Assembly: GCA_036260075.1 (NCBI GenBank) | Contig: DATAAM010000066.1 | Span: forward strand, 4,226-68,225 | DNA length: 64,000 nucleotides | Direction of reading: 5' to 3' | Source of the DNA: Acidimicrobiales bacterium | Lineage (GTDB): Bacteria; Actinomycetota; Acidimicrobiia; Acidimicrobiales; JAHWLA01 | Shown: positions 19,782 through 28,028 of the stretch, in pieces | Layout: the number at the start of each line of letters is the position of its first letter | Numbering within the stretch: the first letter of the stretch is position 1 | Translations under genes and position numbers: made by a program | Notes under the pieces: generated by a model | Told to the model about the DNA's origin: nothing | Database searches by the model: none | The model's input: the letters and a program-made list of their open reading frames with translations, nothing else

Positions 19782-20678
19782 ATGAAGCAGATTGCACGCA
19801 GGGCACGGGTGCAGCACGGGCTCATCACCCGAGAGCAGGCGCTGGCCGCGGGCCTCGGCGAGGACGCGATCGACCGGTGGCTGGCCTGCGAGCGTTTGGA
19901 GCCTGTGCACAGCAGGGTCTATCGGGTGGCGGGAGTGCCGCAGACGTGGGAGCAGGACGTGATGGCGGCGGTGATGGCGGCCGACGGGGTGGCGTCGCAT
20001 CGTACGGCGGCGCGGCTGTGGGGCATCCACGACGCCGACGAGGTGGAGGTCACGGTGCCGCGCGGGCGGCGCTGCGAGGCGGTCGGCATGGTGACGCATC
20101 GGTCGCGTGACCTCACCCCGAAGCACGTCACGAGGCGGCTGGGCATCCCGGTGACGAACCCCATGCGCACCTTGGTCGACCTGGGCGCGGTGGTGCGGAG
20201 CGACGCCGCGGTGGCCGACGCGCTCGAACGGGCCGTCATCGCCCGCGTGTGCAGCGTCGTGGCAGTCGAGCGGGTGCTCGACGACGTCGCCCGGCGGGGC
20301 CGCCGCGGCGCGGGCGTCATCCGCCGCGTGCTCGACGACCGCGCCCTTGGGCGGGCCCGCCCCGACGGCCTGCTGGAGGCCCGCTTCGCCCGGGTGCTCC
20401 GGGAGCGCAACCTTCCACCGCCGGCCTTCCAGCACCCGGTCGGCCGCTACCGCGTCGACTTCGCCTACCCCGACCTCATGATCGCCATCGAGGTCGACGG
20501 CTTCGAGGTCCACTCCTCCCCCACGGCGATGCAAGCCGACGTCGAGCGCCAGAACCACCTCGTGGCCGCCGGCTGGACGGTCCTGCGCTTCACCTGGCGC
20601 GACGTCGTGCGCCGTCCCACATGGGTGGCGCGACAGGTGGAGCAGCTCCTACGGCAGCGCCAGCGCGCCGTCGCGTAG
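19782..20678 (+). CDS. DUF559 (Vsr-like endonuclease fold) protein with an AbiEi_4-like N-terminal domain
   Basis: A strong SD, AAGGAGGAGAG, precedes the ATG at 19782. The N-terminus reads GLITREQALAAGLGEDAIDRW...RVYRV. The C-terminus reads VDFAYPDLMIAIEVDGFEVH...GWTVLRFTW. Confidence 0.8.
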   Translation: MKQIARRARVQHGLITREQALAAGLGEDAIDRWLACERLEPVHSRVYRVAGVPQTWEQDVMAAVMAADGVASHRTAARLWGIHDADEVEVTVPRGRRCEAVGMVTHRSRDLTPKHVTRRLGIPVTNPMRTLVDLGAVVRSDAAVADALERAVIARVCSVVAVERVLDDVARRGRRGAGVIRRVLDDRALGRARPDGLLEARFARVLRERNLPPPAFQHPVGRYRVDFAYPDLMIAIEVDGFEVHSSPTAMQADVERQNHLVAAGWTVLRFTWRDVVRRPTWVARQVEQLLRQRQRAVA

Positions 20679-21461
20679 GACGGCCAAGCCGTCGGCCACG
20701 AGGGAGTCGGCGGCCCGGCGGGCGCGAGCCGGATCGTCGGGCCACCCGGCGGCCGCCCCCAGCTCCTGGAGCGGGACCGGCCCTCGCCGCATCGCGTCCA
20801 CCAACCGGCCGCGGCCCTGTCGGTCGGACCCCGCGAACGGCGACTGCCGGCCCGCCGGCGCTGCCGGGTCCGGCCCGCCCCGGGCCTGCCACCGGCACGC
20901 CCCCGCCAACGGGCACGCATCGCACCGGGGTGCCCGACGCGTGCAGACGGTGGCGCCCAGGTCCATGAGGGCCTGGTTCCACTGCCACGAGCGGCCTGGC
21001 GGCACGAGCGCGTCGGCCTCCGCCTGCGTGCGCACGCCGAACGCCCGGGCCAGCGGCCGGGCCGTGTTCACGTCGAGCGGGCACACCGGCTCCTCGTAGG
21101 CGAAGGCGAGCACGGCCCGCGCCGTGTACGGGCCGATCCCCGGCAGTGCCAGGAGGGCGGCCAGGTCGCAGGGCGGCGGTGCGCCCGCCAGCGCGACCGC
21201 GGCCCGGTGGAGGTTGACCGCCCGCCGGTTGTAGCCCAGGCCCGCCCACGCCTTGACGACCTCGCCCACGGGCGCCGCCGCGCACGCCGCCACCGTCGGG
21301 AACCGGCCCAGGAACGCCTCGTACTTCGGCACCACCCTGGGCACCTGCGTCTGCTGGAGCATGAGCTCGCTGACGAGCACGGCCCACGGGTCGCGCGTGC
21401 GCCGCCACGGCAGGTCGCGCCGCGAGCGGGCCGACCACTCCAACAAGGCACGCTGCTTCAC
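20649..21461 (-). CDS. mutY: A/G-specific adenine DNA glycosylase (MutY-like, HhH-GPD plus 4Fe-4S loop)
   Basis: Contains LPWRRTRDPWAVLVSELMLQQTQV, LPGIGPYTARAVLAFA and the cluster motif C-x6-C-x2-C-x5-C (CTRRAPRCDACPLAGAC). Confidence 0.85.
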   Translation of the reverse strand: MKQRALLEWSARSRRDLPWRRTRDPWAVLVSELMLQQTQVPRVVPKYEAFLGRFPTVAACAAAPVGEVVKAWAGLGYNRRAVNLHRAAVALAGAPPPCDLAALLALPGIGPYTARAVLAFAYEEPVCPLDVNTARPLARAFGVRTQAEADALVPPGRSWQWNQALMDLGATVCTRRAPRCDACPLAGACRWQARGGPDPAAPAGRQSPFAGSDRQGRGRLVDAMRRGPVPLQELGAAAGWPDDPARARRAADSLVADGLAVLRDGALALP

Positions 21462-21481
21462 CGGGTGCCTACGATGCCGGC

Positions 21482-22024
21482 ATGGCGGGTTGGCTGCGCG
21501 TTGCCGTGCGGTTGCGGGGGAAGCTGCTGCGCGTCCCCACCACCTGGCGCATCCTCGCTCGGCGGCCGCAGGTGCTGGCGGGCCTGTTCGCCATGGAAGG
21601 CGGGCTGTTCGCCGCCCGCTCGGTGCCGCTCGACCTCAAGATGCTGGCCGAGATGCGCACCGCCTCCCTCATCGGCTGTCCCTGGTGACTCGACTTCACC
21701 TCTGCGGTCGGCAGAGCAGCGGGAATCCCGGAAGCGAAGATGCGAGCGCTCCACTGCTGGCGTGACAGCGAGGCGTTCACCCCGCTCGAACGCCTCGTGC
21801 TCGAGCTGGCCGACGCCATCACCGCCACGCCCGCCACACCGCGCCCCGACCTGCTCGACCGGCTGCGGGAGCACCTGAAGGAGCGACAGGTCGTCGAGCT
21901 GGCGATGACGATCGCATACGAGGGATTACGCGCCCGCTTCAACCGGGCCTTCGACGTGCAGCCGCAGCGCTACAGCGCCGAGGGTGCCTACTGCGTGCTG
22001 CCCTCCCACACCTCGTCGCCGTAG
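21482..22024 (+). CDS. carboxymuconolactone decarboxylase (AhpD-like) family selenoprotein; in-frame UGA (Sec) at 21686-21688
   Basis: Track ORFs 21482..21688 and 21740..22024 share one frame. Read-through gives ...MRTASLIGCPW-U-LDFTSAV...WRDSEAFTPLERLVLELADAIT... The family CxxC redox motif therefore reads C-P-W-U. Confidence 0.75.
21700..21716 (+). promoter_or_regulatory. candidate bacterial SECIS stem-loop for UGA 21686
   Basis: CTCTGC-GGTCG-GCAGAG forms a 6-bp stem with a GGUC-containing apical loop, as in E. coli fdhF. It starts 11 nt 3' of the UGA. Confidence 0.6.
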
Positions 22025-22521
22025 GGGCGCATGCGGGGCGGGGCGGCCGCCCGCTTCCACACCATCACCTTGCGGCGGAAGTAGCAGACCTCCTCGCCGT
22101 GCTGGTTGAAGCCCTTGGTCTCGACCGTGACGACGCCGCGGTCGTCCTTCGAGGTGGACTCCTTCTTGTCGAGGACGCGCGTCTCCGCGTAGATCGTGTC
22201 GCCGTGGAACGTGGGCTTCTTGTGCGTGAGCGACTCCACCTCCAGGTTGGCGATCGCCGCCCCGCTCACGTCGGGCACGCTCATGCCGAGCACGAGGGAG
22301 TACACGAGGTTGCCGACGACAACGTTGCGCTTGTGCACGGTCTCGTTCTCGGCGAACCACTCGTTGGTGTGCAACGGGTGGTGGTTCATCGTGATCATGC
22401 AGAAGAGGTGGTCGTCGTACTCGGTGATCGTCTTGCCCGGCCAGTGCTTGTAGACGTCGCCCACCTCGAAATCCTCGAAGTAGCGGCCGAACGGGCGGTC
22501 GTGCACGGTCATGTGCGGCAT
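21988..22521 (-). CDS. MaoC family (R)-specific enoyl-CoA hydratase/dehydratase
   Basis: 177 aa hot-dog fold: FEDFEVGDVYKHWPGKTITEYDDHLFCMITMNHHPLHTN... Confidence 0.85.
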   Translation of the reverse strand: MPHMTVHDRPFGRYFEDFEVGDVYKHWPGKTITEYDDHLFCMITMNHHPLHTNEWFAENETVHKRNVVVGNLVYSLVLGMSVPDVSGAAIANLEVESLTHKKPTFHGDTIYAETRVLDKKESTSKDDRGVVTVETKGFNQHGEEVCYFRRKVMVWKRAAAPPRMRPYGDEVWEGSTQ

Positions 22522-22532
22522 CCTATGGGGCC

Positions 22533-23183
22533 GTGATCGAGCTCGGCCTGCGCAACGACGTGTACCGGCGGCCGCTGGCGACCGCGCTCGACCGGCTGGG
22601 GCTGCGCGAGGGGTGGCGGTGCGCCGACGTGGGCGCGGGCGGCGGCGACGTCACCGTGGCCTTGGCCGAGATCGTCGGCCGCGACGGACGCGTCTACGCG
22701 GTCGACAGCGACCCGCGGGCGCGCGACGAGGTAGCCAAGGCGGCGGCCGACAGCGGGCAGGCCCAGGTGATCGCCGTCACGCAGGCGGCCGAGGACCTGC
22801 TGCTGCCCGAGCTCCTCGACCTGGCGTTCTGCCGCTTCCTGCTGATGCACGTGCTGGAGCCCGTCGCCGTCCTCCGGCGCATGGCGGGTGCAGTGCGGCC
22901 GGGCGGCTGGGTCGTGGCGCAGGAGCCGATCACGTCGGCCGGACGGGTGGGCGGCTTGCCGCTCTCGATGCCCGACGCCCGCCATCCCGACGTGGGCGCC
23001 GTGCTTCCGGCGCTGGCTCGCGACGCCGGGTTGGACCTGGTCGACTCCTGGGCGGAGGCACCGGCGGGCGTGGGCGCCGGCCCGGTGCGCCGGTACCTCA
23101 CGCTGCTCACGGACGTGGATCCCGGAGAGGACCCCATCGTCCTGCCGCCGCTCGTCATGGTCGTGGCCCGGCGCACCGGTTGA
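22533..23183 (+). CDS. class I SAM-dependent methyltransferase
   Basis: Motif I is CADVGAGGGDVT, with RVYAVDSD after it and RPGGWVV further on. The start is GTG. Confidence 0.8.
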   Translation: MIELGLRNDVYRRPLATALDRLGLREGWRCADVGAGGGDVTVALAEIVGRDGRVYAVDSDPRARDEVAKAAADSGQAQVIAVTQAAEDLLLPELLDLAFCRFLLMHVLEPVAVLRRMAGAVRPGGWVVAQEPITSAGRVGGLPLSMPDARHPDVGAVLPALARDAGLDLVDSWAEAPAGVGAGPVRRYLTLLTDVDPGEDPIVLPPLVMVVARRTG

Positions 23184-23361
23184 CCGACTTCGTTTGAGGA
23201 GCCGCCGAGCCCCGCTGGGGGGGGTCGGCAGGGCCCGACGGCTCGTAATGAAATGTCGGCCCCGAGGGGGTGCAGTCTCAGAGGCGGACGGCCCCTTTCC
23301 GGGTGGTGCGCATGCACCAGGATGTGAGGCCCGCGGGTGCTCGTCGGTAGCCTCGTGGCCC

Positions 23362-24945
23362 ATGGCTGCTCCCGATCTCGATGCCGCGGCGCGAGTCGTC
23401 CAGCTGGCGAAGTCGGTCACCGACGGCGCCGCTCGGCACCTGGCCACGCTCGGCGACCTCGACGCCCACCAGGTGGTGGCCTACGACCTGGCCCACGCGG
23501 CGGCCGCGGTGGAGAACGCCCGTGCCATCCTCGACTACGGCGCCAAGGGCGAGGTGGAGGCGCGCATCGCCTGCGCCTTCGTGGCCGACGCCGTGTACGA
23601 CGTGGCCACCCGCGTGCTCGGCCGCGAGCCCGCGTGGGGCACCGCGCCGGGCGCGCTCGACGGCGCCCGCGACTTCCTCGCCACCTTCCGCTCGCCCGAG
23701 TTCCTGGCCTCGCTGGCCGGCGAGCAGGGGCCGCGCCACCTCGACGCCGACTTCGAGCTCGTGCAGGACACCTTCCGCCGCTTCGCCGAGGACGAGGTGC
23801 GGCCGGTGGCCGAGCACGTGCACCGCAGGAACGAGGACATCCCCGAGCGCATCATCGAAGGCCTGGCCGAGATCGGCACGTTCGGCTTGAGCATCCCCGA
23901 GGAGTACGGGGGCTTCGCAGCAAGCGGCGAGGGCGAGTACCTGGCCATGGTCGTGGCCACCGAGGAGCTGTCCCGAGGCTCGCTCGGCGTCGCGGGCTCC
24001 CTCATCACCCGGCCCGAGATCCTCACCCGGGCGTTGGTGAAGGGCGGCACGGAGGAGCAGAAGCACCACTGGCTGCCGCGGCTGGCGAGCGGCGAGATCA
24101 TGAACGCCGTCGCCGTCACGGAGCCCGACTTCGGCTCCGACGTGGCGGGCATCAAGGTGGCGGCCACGCGCGACGGCGACGGGTGGCGCATCAACGGCGT
24201 GAAGACGTGGTGCACGTTCGCGGCCCGAGCCGACGTGCTCATGCTGCTGGCCCGCACCGACCCCGACCGGTCCAAGGGCCACCGCGGCCTGAGCCTGTTC
24301 GTCGTGCCCAAGGAGCGAGGCGACGGCCACGGCTTCCTCCTGGCCCAGCCCGAGGGCGGCCGCCTCGAGGGCAGGCCCATCGACACCATCGGCTACCGCG
24401 GCATGCACTCCTACGAGCTGGCCTTCGAGAACTGGTACGTGCCGGGCGAGAACCTCATCGGCGGCGAGGCGGGCCAGGGCCAGGGCTTCTACCTCCAGAT
24501 GGCGGGCTTCGAGAACGGACGCCTCCAGACCGCGGCCCGCGCCGTGGGCGTGATGCAGGCGGCCTACGAGGCTGCCGTCGACTACGCCGCCAACCGCACG
24601 GTGTTCGGCAAGCCCGTCGCCGACTACCAGCTCACGCAGACGAAGCTGGCCCGGATGGCCGTCGTCATCCAGGCCAGCCGCCAGTTCGCCTACCAGGTGG
24701 CCCGCCTGATGGCCAAGGGCGAAGGGGCCATGGAGGCCTCGATGGTCAAGGCCTACGTCTGCCGCGCTGCCGAGTGGGTGACCCGGGAGGCCATGCAGGT
24801 CCATGGCGGCATGGGCTACGCCGAGGAGTTCCCGGTGAGCCGCTACTTCGTCGACGCCCGCGTGCTCTCGATCTTCGAGGGCGCGGACGAGACCCTGGCG
24901 TTGAAGGTCATCGCCCGCCGCCTCGTGGAGGGCGCCCGGGGCTGA
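23362..24945 (+). CDS. acyl-CoA dehydrogenase family protein with an N-terminal extension
   Basis: ATG at 23362. ACAD motifs are present: AVTEPDFGSDVAGIK, WINGVKTWCT-like, GFENGRLQTAARAVG and QVHGGMGYAEEFPVSRYFVDARV. Confidence 0.9.
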   Translation: MAAPDLDAAARVVQLAKSVTDGAARHLATLGDLDAHQVVAYDLAHAAAAVENARAILDYGAKGEVEARIACAFVADAVYDVATRVLGREPAWGTAPGALDGARDFLATFRSPEFLASLAGEQGPRHLDADFELVQDTFRRFAEDEVRPVAEHVHRRNEDIPERIIEGLAEIGTFGLSIPEEYGGFAASGEGEYLAMVVATEELSRGSLGVAGSLITRPEILTRALVKGGTEEQKHHWLPRLASGEIMNAVAVTEPDFGSDVAGIKVAATRDGDGWRINGVKTWCTFAARADVLMLLARTDPDRSKGHRGLSLFVVPKERGDGHGFLLAQPEGGRLEGRPIDTIGYRGMHSYELAFENWYVPGENLIGGEAGQGQGFYLQMAGFENGRLQTAARAVGVMQAAYEAAVDYAANRTVFGKPVADYQLTQTKLARMAVVIQASRQFAYQVARLMAKGEGAMEASMVKAYVCRAAEWVTREAMQVHGGMGYAEEFPVSRYFVDARVLSIFEGADETLALKVIARRLVEGARG

Positions 24946-24965
24946 CGGCCCCGAGCGCCCTGCTG

Positions 24966-26300
24966 CTACCGGCTTCGGGTGACCACGCCCGCCGGGAACC
25001 CGTCGGCCGACGGACGCACCGGGCGGGCCTTCCCGCCTGCGGCCAACACGCCGAGGTCGAGCGGGGGCGCGGTGGGCGCGATCCCCACGACGTCGTTCAC
25101 GCCTGTGATGCCGCTGCTGGGCAGGCTGCCGTGGAATGTGGCGTCGAAGGCGAAGATGCCGCCGTCCTGCGCCACCATCCAGTAGCCGTCGCCCAGCGGC
25201 GTGGACGCCATGCCTGTGATGGGCGAGTTCAGGCGGATGTTGCCGGTCGAGCCGTGGAAGTCGGCATCGCCGAAGGCGAAGATGCCGCCGTCGCGGGCCA
25301 CCAGCCAGTAGCCCTCGCCCGACGGCGTGGGCGTCATGCCCACGATCGGCTGGTTCAGCCGGATGTTGCCCGTGGAACCGTGGAAGCCCGCCTCGCCGAA
25401 GGCGAACACGCCGCCGTCGCGAGCGACGAGCCAGTAGCCCTCGTTCGACGGGTGCACGGCCATGCCGACGATCGGCTGGTTCAGCCGGATGTTGCCGGTC
25501 GAGCCGTGGAACTCGGCATCGCCCCAGGCGAAGATGCCGCCGTCGGCCGCCACCTGGTAGTAGCCCTCGGCGAAGGGATCGGGCAGGCCCGCCATGCCGA
25601 CGATCGGCTGGTTGAGCCGCACGCCTCCCATGGAGCCCGCGAAGTCCGCGTTGCCGAAGGCGAAGATGCCGCCGTCGCGGCCGGTGAGCCAGTAGCCGTC
25701 GCCGTCGGCCGTGGTGGCGATGCCCACGATCGGCGCGTTGAGGTCGAGCTCCGACAGGTCGCCGAAGTCGAGCGCGTCGCCGAAGGCGGCCACTTGGCCG
25801 AGTGTGCCGGCGATGTAGTAGCCGGTCGTGCCCTCGCCTGTGAGGCCGGCGGTGGGGTCGTTGGCGGCGTTGCTGTCGACGGCGAGCACCGCGTTGCGCG
25901 CCCCGAACCGTGTGGGCACGAAGATGAAGTCGACGACGCAGCGCTGCCCGGGCGCCAGCGTGACGTCTGTGTCGATGCCGTCGGCGGGATCTGTGTCGTA
26001 GCAGTACGTGGCGTCGGGGATGCCGTCGTCGTTCTCGTCGATGACGACCGGGAAGAAGTCGAGCTGCGCGTCGCCGCCGAGGAGGACGTCCTCGATGATC
26101 ACCGGCTCCCCTGTGGCGGTCACGGTGAAGCGCCTGACCTCGCCGAAGGTGGTGCCGACTCGTTCCTCGCCGAAGTCGGTCGAACCGGGGCTGATGGAGA
26201 GCGTCCCGGCGGCGTGGGCCGGCGTGGCGGGGACAAGCCACGCGGCCGTCGCGAGTAGTGCAGTGGCGACCAAACCCGCCCAGCGCTTGCGTCGTCGCAC
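24966..26300 (-). CDS. secreted protein: signal peptide, Ig-like N-domain and six copies of the roughly 42-aa GYW-DGG-F-FG repeat (propeller-like)
   Basis: The signal peptide is [30 protein letters not shown]. The repeats follow [35 protein letters not shown]. It is a paralogue of the repeat region at 51310-52071. Confidence 0.8.
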   Translation of the reverse strand: [444 protein letters not shown]

Positions 26301-26337
26301 CGTTCCTCCGCTTCGTCCGTCGAACAGGCCGGAGATG

Positions 26338-27033
26338 CTATGCCCGCTCTATGGTCAGATCACGCAGGTAGAACCAGTAAATGCGCAGCCGGACGACGCG
26401 GATGAGACCCATCAGTTGCCGGAACATGCGCCAGGTTCGGCGGTAGCCCTCGACCCTGCCGAACTTCTCGCGCTTGGTGCGGTGGGTCACGCCCTTCATC
26501 ACGCGGGCAACGGTGGGCAGCCGCGCTTCGGCGATCACCTCGTTGATCATGACCTCGATCGTGTAGCCGTCGAGCTTCTGCGGTGGCACCGCGTCGAAGA
26601 CCCAACGAGGGATCACGCGCTCGCCGGTCGTCGGCGGGAACCGCAGGACGAGCGAGTTCCAGATGCCGTAGTCGAACGTGCCGATCGACATGACGGCGCG
26701 GCCTTCGACGAACGGGCGGCAGATCTCGTCGAGGTGATGGCTGCGCAGGCCCAGGAGGTCGGCGTCGACGAAGAGGACGGCGTCGGCGTCGGTGGCGCGC
26801 ACGCCCGCCTCCATCGCGTGCGCCTTCGACCCGCCGTCGTGGCGGCGGACGACCCGGGCACCGTTGGCGGCGGCGATGTCGCCGGTGCCGTCGGTGGAGC
26901 CGTCGTCCACCACGATCACGTCGCGCGTGTACCGACAGCCCTGGCAGGCGAGGACGACGTCCGCCACGGTGCGCGCCTCGTCGCGGGCGGGGACGACGAT
27001 GTCGATCGTGGGGGCGTACCGCCGGCCCGCCAC
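26338..27033 (-). CDS. family 2 glycosyltransferase
   Basis: The GTG at 27033 gives IDIVVPARDEARTV...VIVVDDGSTDGT...FVDADL. The gene is embedded in a longer track ORF. Confidence 0.8.
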   Translation of the reverse strand: MAGRRYAPTIDIVVPARDEARTVADVVLACQGCRYTRDVIVVDDGSTDGTGDIAAANGARVVRRHDGGSKAHAMEAGVRATDADAVLFVDADLLGLRSHHLDEICRPFVEGRAVMSIGTFDYGIWNSLVLRFPPTTGERVIPRWVFDAVPPQKLDGYTIEVMINEVIAEARLPTVARVMKGVTHRTKREKFGRVEGYRRTWRMFRQLMGLIRVVRLRIYWFYLRDLTIERA

Positions 27034-27044
27034 GGAGCCGCCCG

Positions 27045-27986
27045 CTACGCCGGAGTGCTGCGCTTCAGGCCCGCGCGCTCGCCCCGCGTCACGACCTTCA
27101 CGGCCACCTTGCGCGACGCCTCGTCGATCATCTCGTCGCCGAACATCACTGCGCCCCTGCGCTCGCCCTCGGTGGCCTCCTTGTAGGCGTCGAGGACGGC
27201 CCAGGCCCGGTCGAACTGCTCCTGGGTGGGCGAGAACACCTCGTTGAGGATCGTCACCTGGTCGGGGTGCAGCGCCCACTTGCCGTCGTAGCCGAGGATC
27301 TGCGTGCGGGTGCAGAAGTCGCGGAAGCCCTCGGGGTCGCGCACTAACACGTAGGGGCCGTCGATGACCTGCAACCCGTTGGCCCGGCCCGCCATGAGGA
27401 TCTTCATGAACGGATAGTGGAAGTAGTCGCCGGGGTACTCGGGGATCTGCAGGCCGCCCGACAGCGACGGCATCTCCATCGAGGCGGAGAAGTCGACGGG
27501 ACCGAGGATGATCGTCTCCAGGCGGGGCGAGGCGGCGCAGATCTCCTCCACGTTGATGAGGCCGCGGGCGGTCTCGATCTGCGCCTCGATCCCGATGTGG
27601 CCGACAGGCAGCCCGCTGTTCTTCTCGACCTGCGTGAGGAGGAGGTCCATGGCCACCACCTCGGCCGCCGTCTGCACCTTCGGCAGCATGACCTCTTCGA
27701 GGCGCTCGCCCGCGTTGCCGACGATCTCGATGACGTCGCCGTAGGTCCAGGTGGTGTCCCACGCGTTGACCCGGACGCACAGGATCTTCTCCCCCCAGTC
27801 CTGGTTCTTGACGGCGTCGACGGCCTTGGCCCGGGCCGCCTCCTTCTCCAGCGGCGCCACGGAGTCCTCGAGGTCGAGGAACACCATGTCGGCCGGGATG
27901 CCGGGCGCCTTGGCCAGCATCTTCTCGCTCGACGCGGGCACCGACAGGCACGAGCGGCGAGGCAGGTCACGGGTGCGAGCGGACAT
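27045..27986 (-). CDS. HpcH/HpaI aldolase / citrate lyase beta (CitE)-like acyl-CoA lyase
   Basis: 313 aa with MVFLDLEDSVAP, LPKV, IEAQIETARGL and GYDGKWALHPDQV, which are typical of CitE/malyl-CoA lyase-like enzymes. Confidence 0.85.
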   Translation of the reverse strand: MSARTRDLPRRSCLSVPASSEKMLAKAPGIPADMVFLDLEDSVAPLEKEAARAKAVDAVKNQDWGEKILCVRVNAWDTTWTYGDVIEIVGNAGERLEEVMLPKVQTAAEVVAMDLLLTQVEKNSGLPVGHIGIEAQIETARGLINVEEICAASPRLETIILGPVDFSASMEMPSLSGGLQIPEYPGDYFHYPFMKILMAGRANGLQVIDGPYVLVRDPEGFRDFCTRTQILGYDGKWALHPDQVTILNEVFSPTQEQFDRAWAVLDAYKEATEGERRGAVMFGDEMIDEASRKVAVKVVTRGERAGLKRSTPA

Positions 27987-28028
27987 GGCGAAATGCTACG
28001 AGGGCTCCCGTTCGGTGCGCCAAAGCGG

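Noticed and set aside
23278-26258. Roughly 980-aa ORFs on both strands (23278..26241 minus, 23337..26258 plus).
   Set aside because: They are shadows of the acyl-CoA dehydrogenase gene (plus frame from 23362) and of the repeat-protein gene (minus, 24966-26300). Their translations are Arg/Gly/Pro-rich with no motifs.
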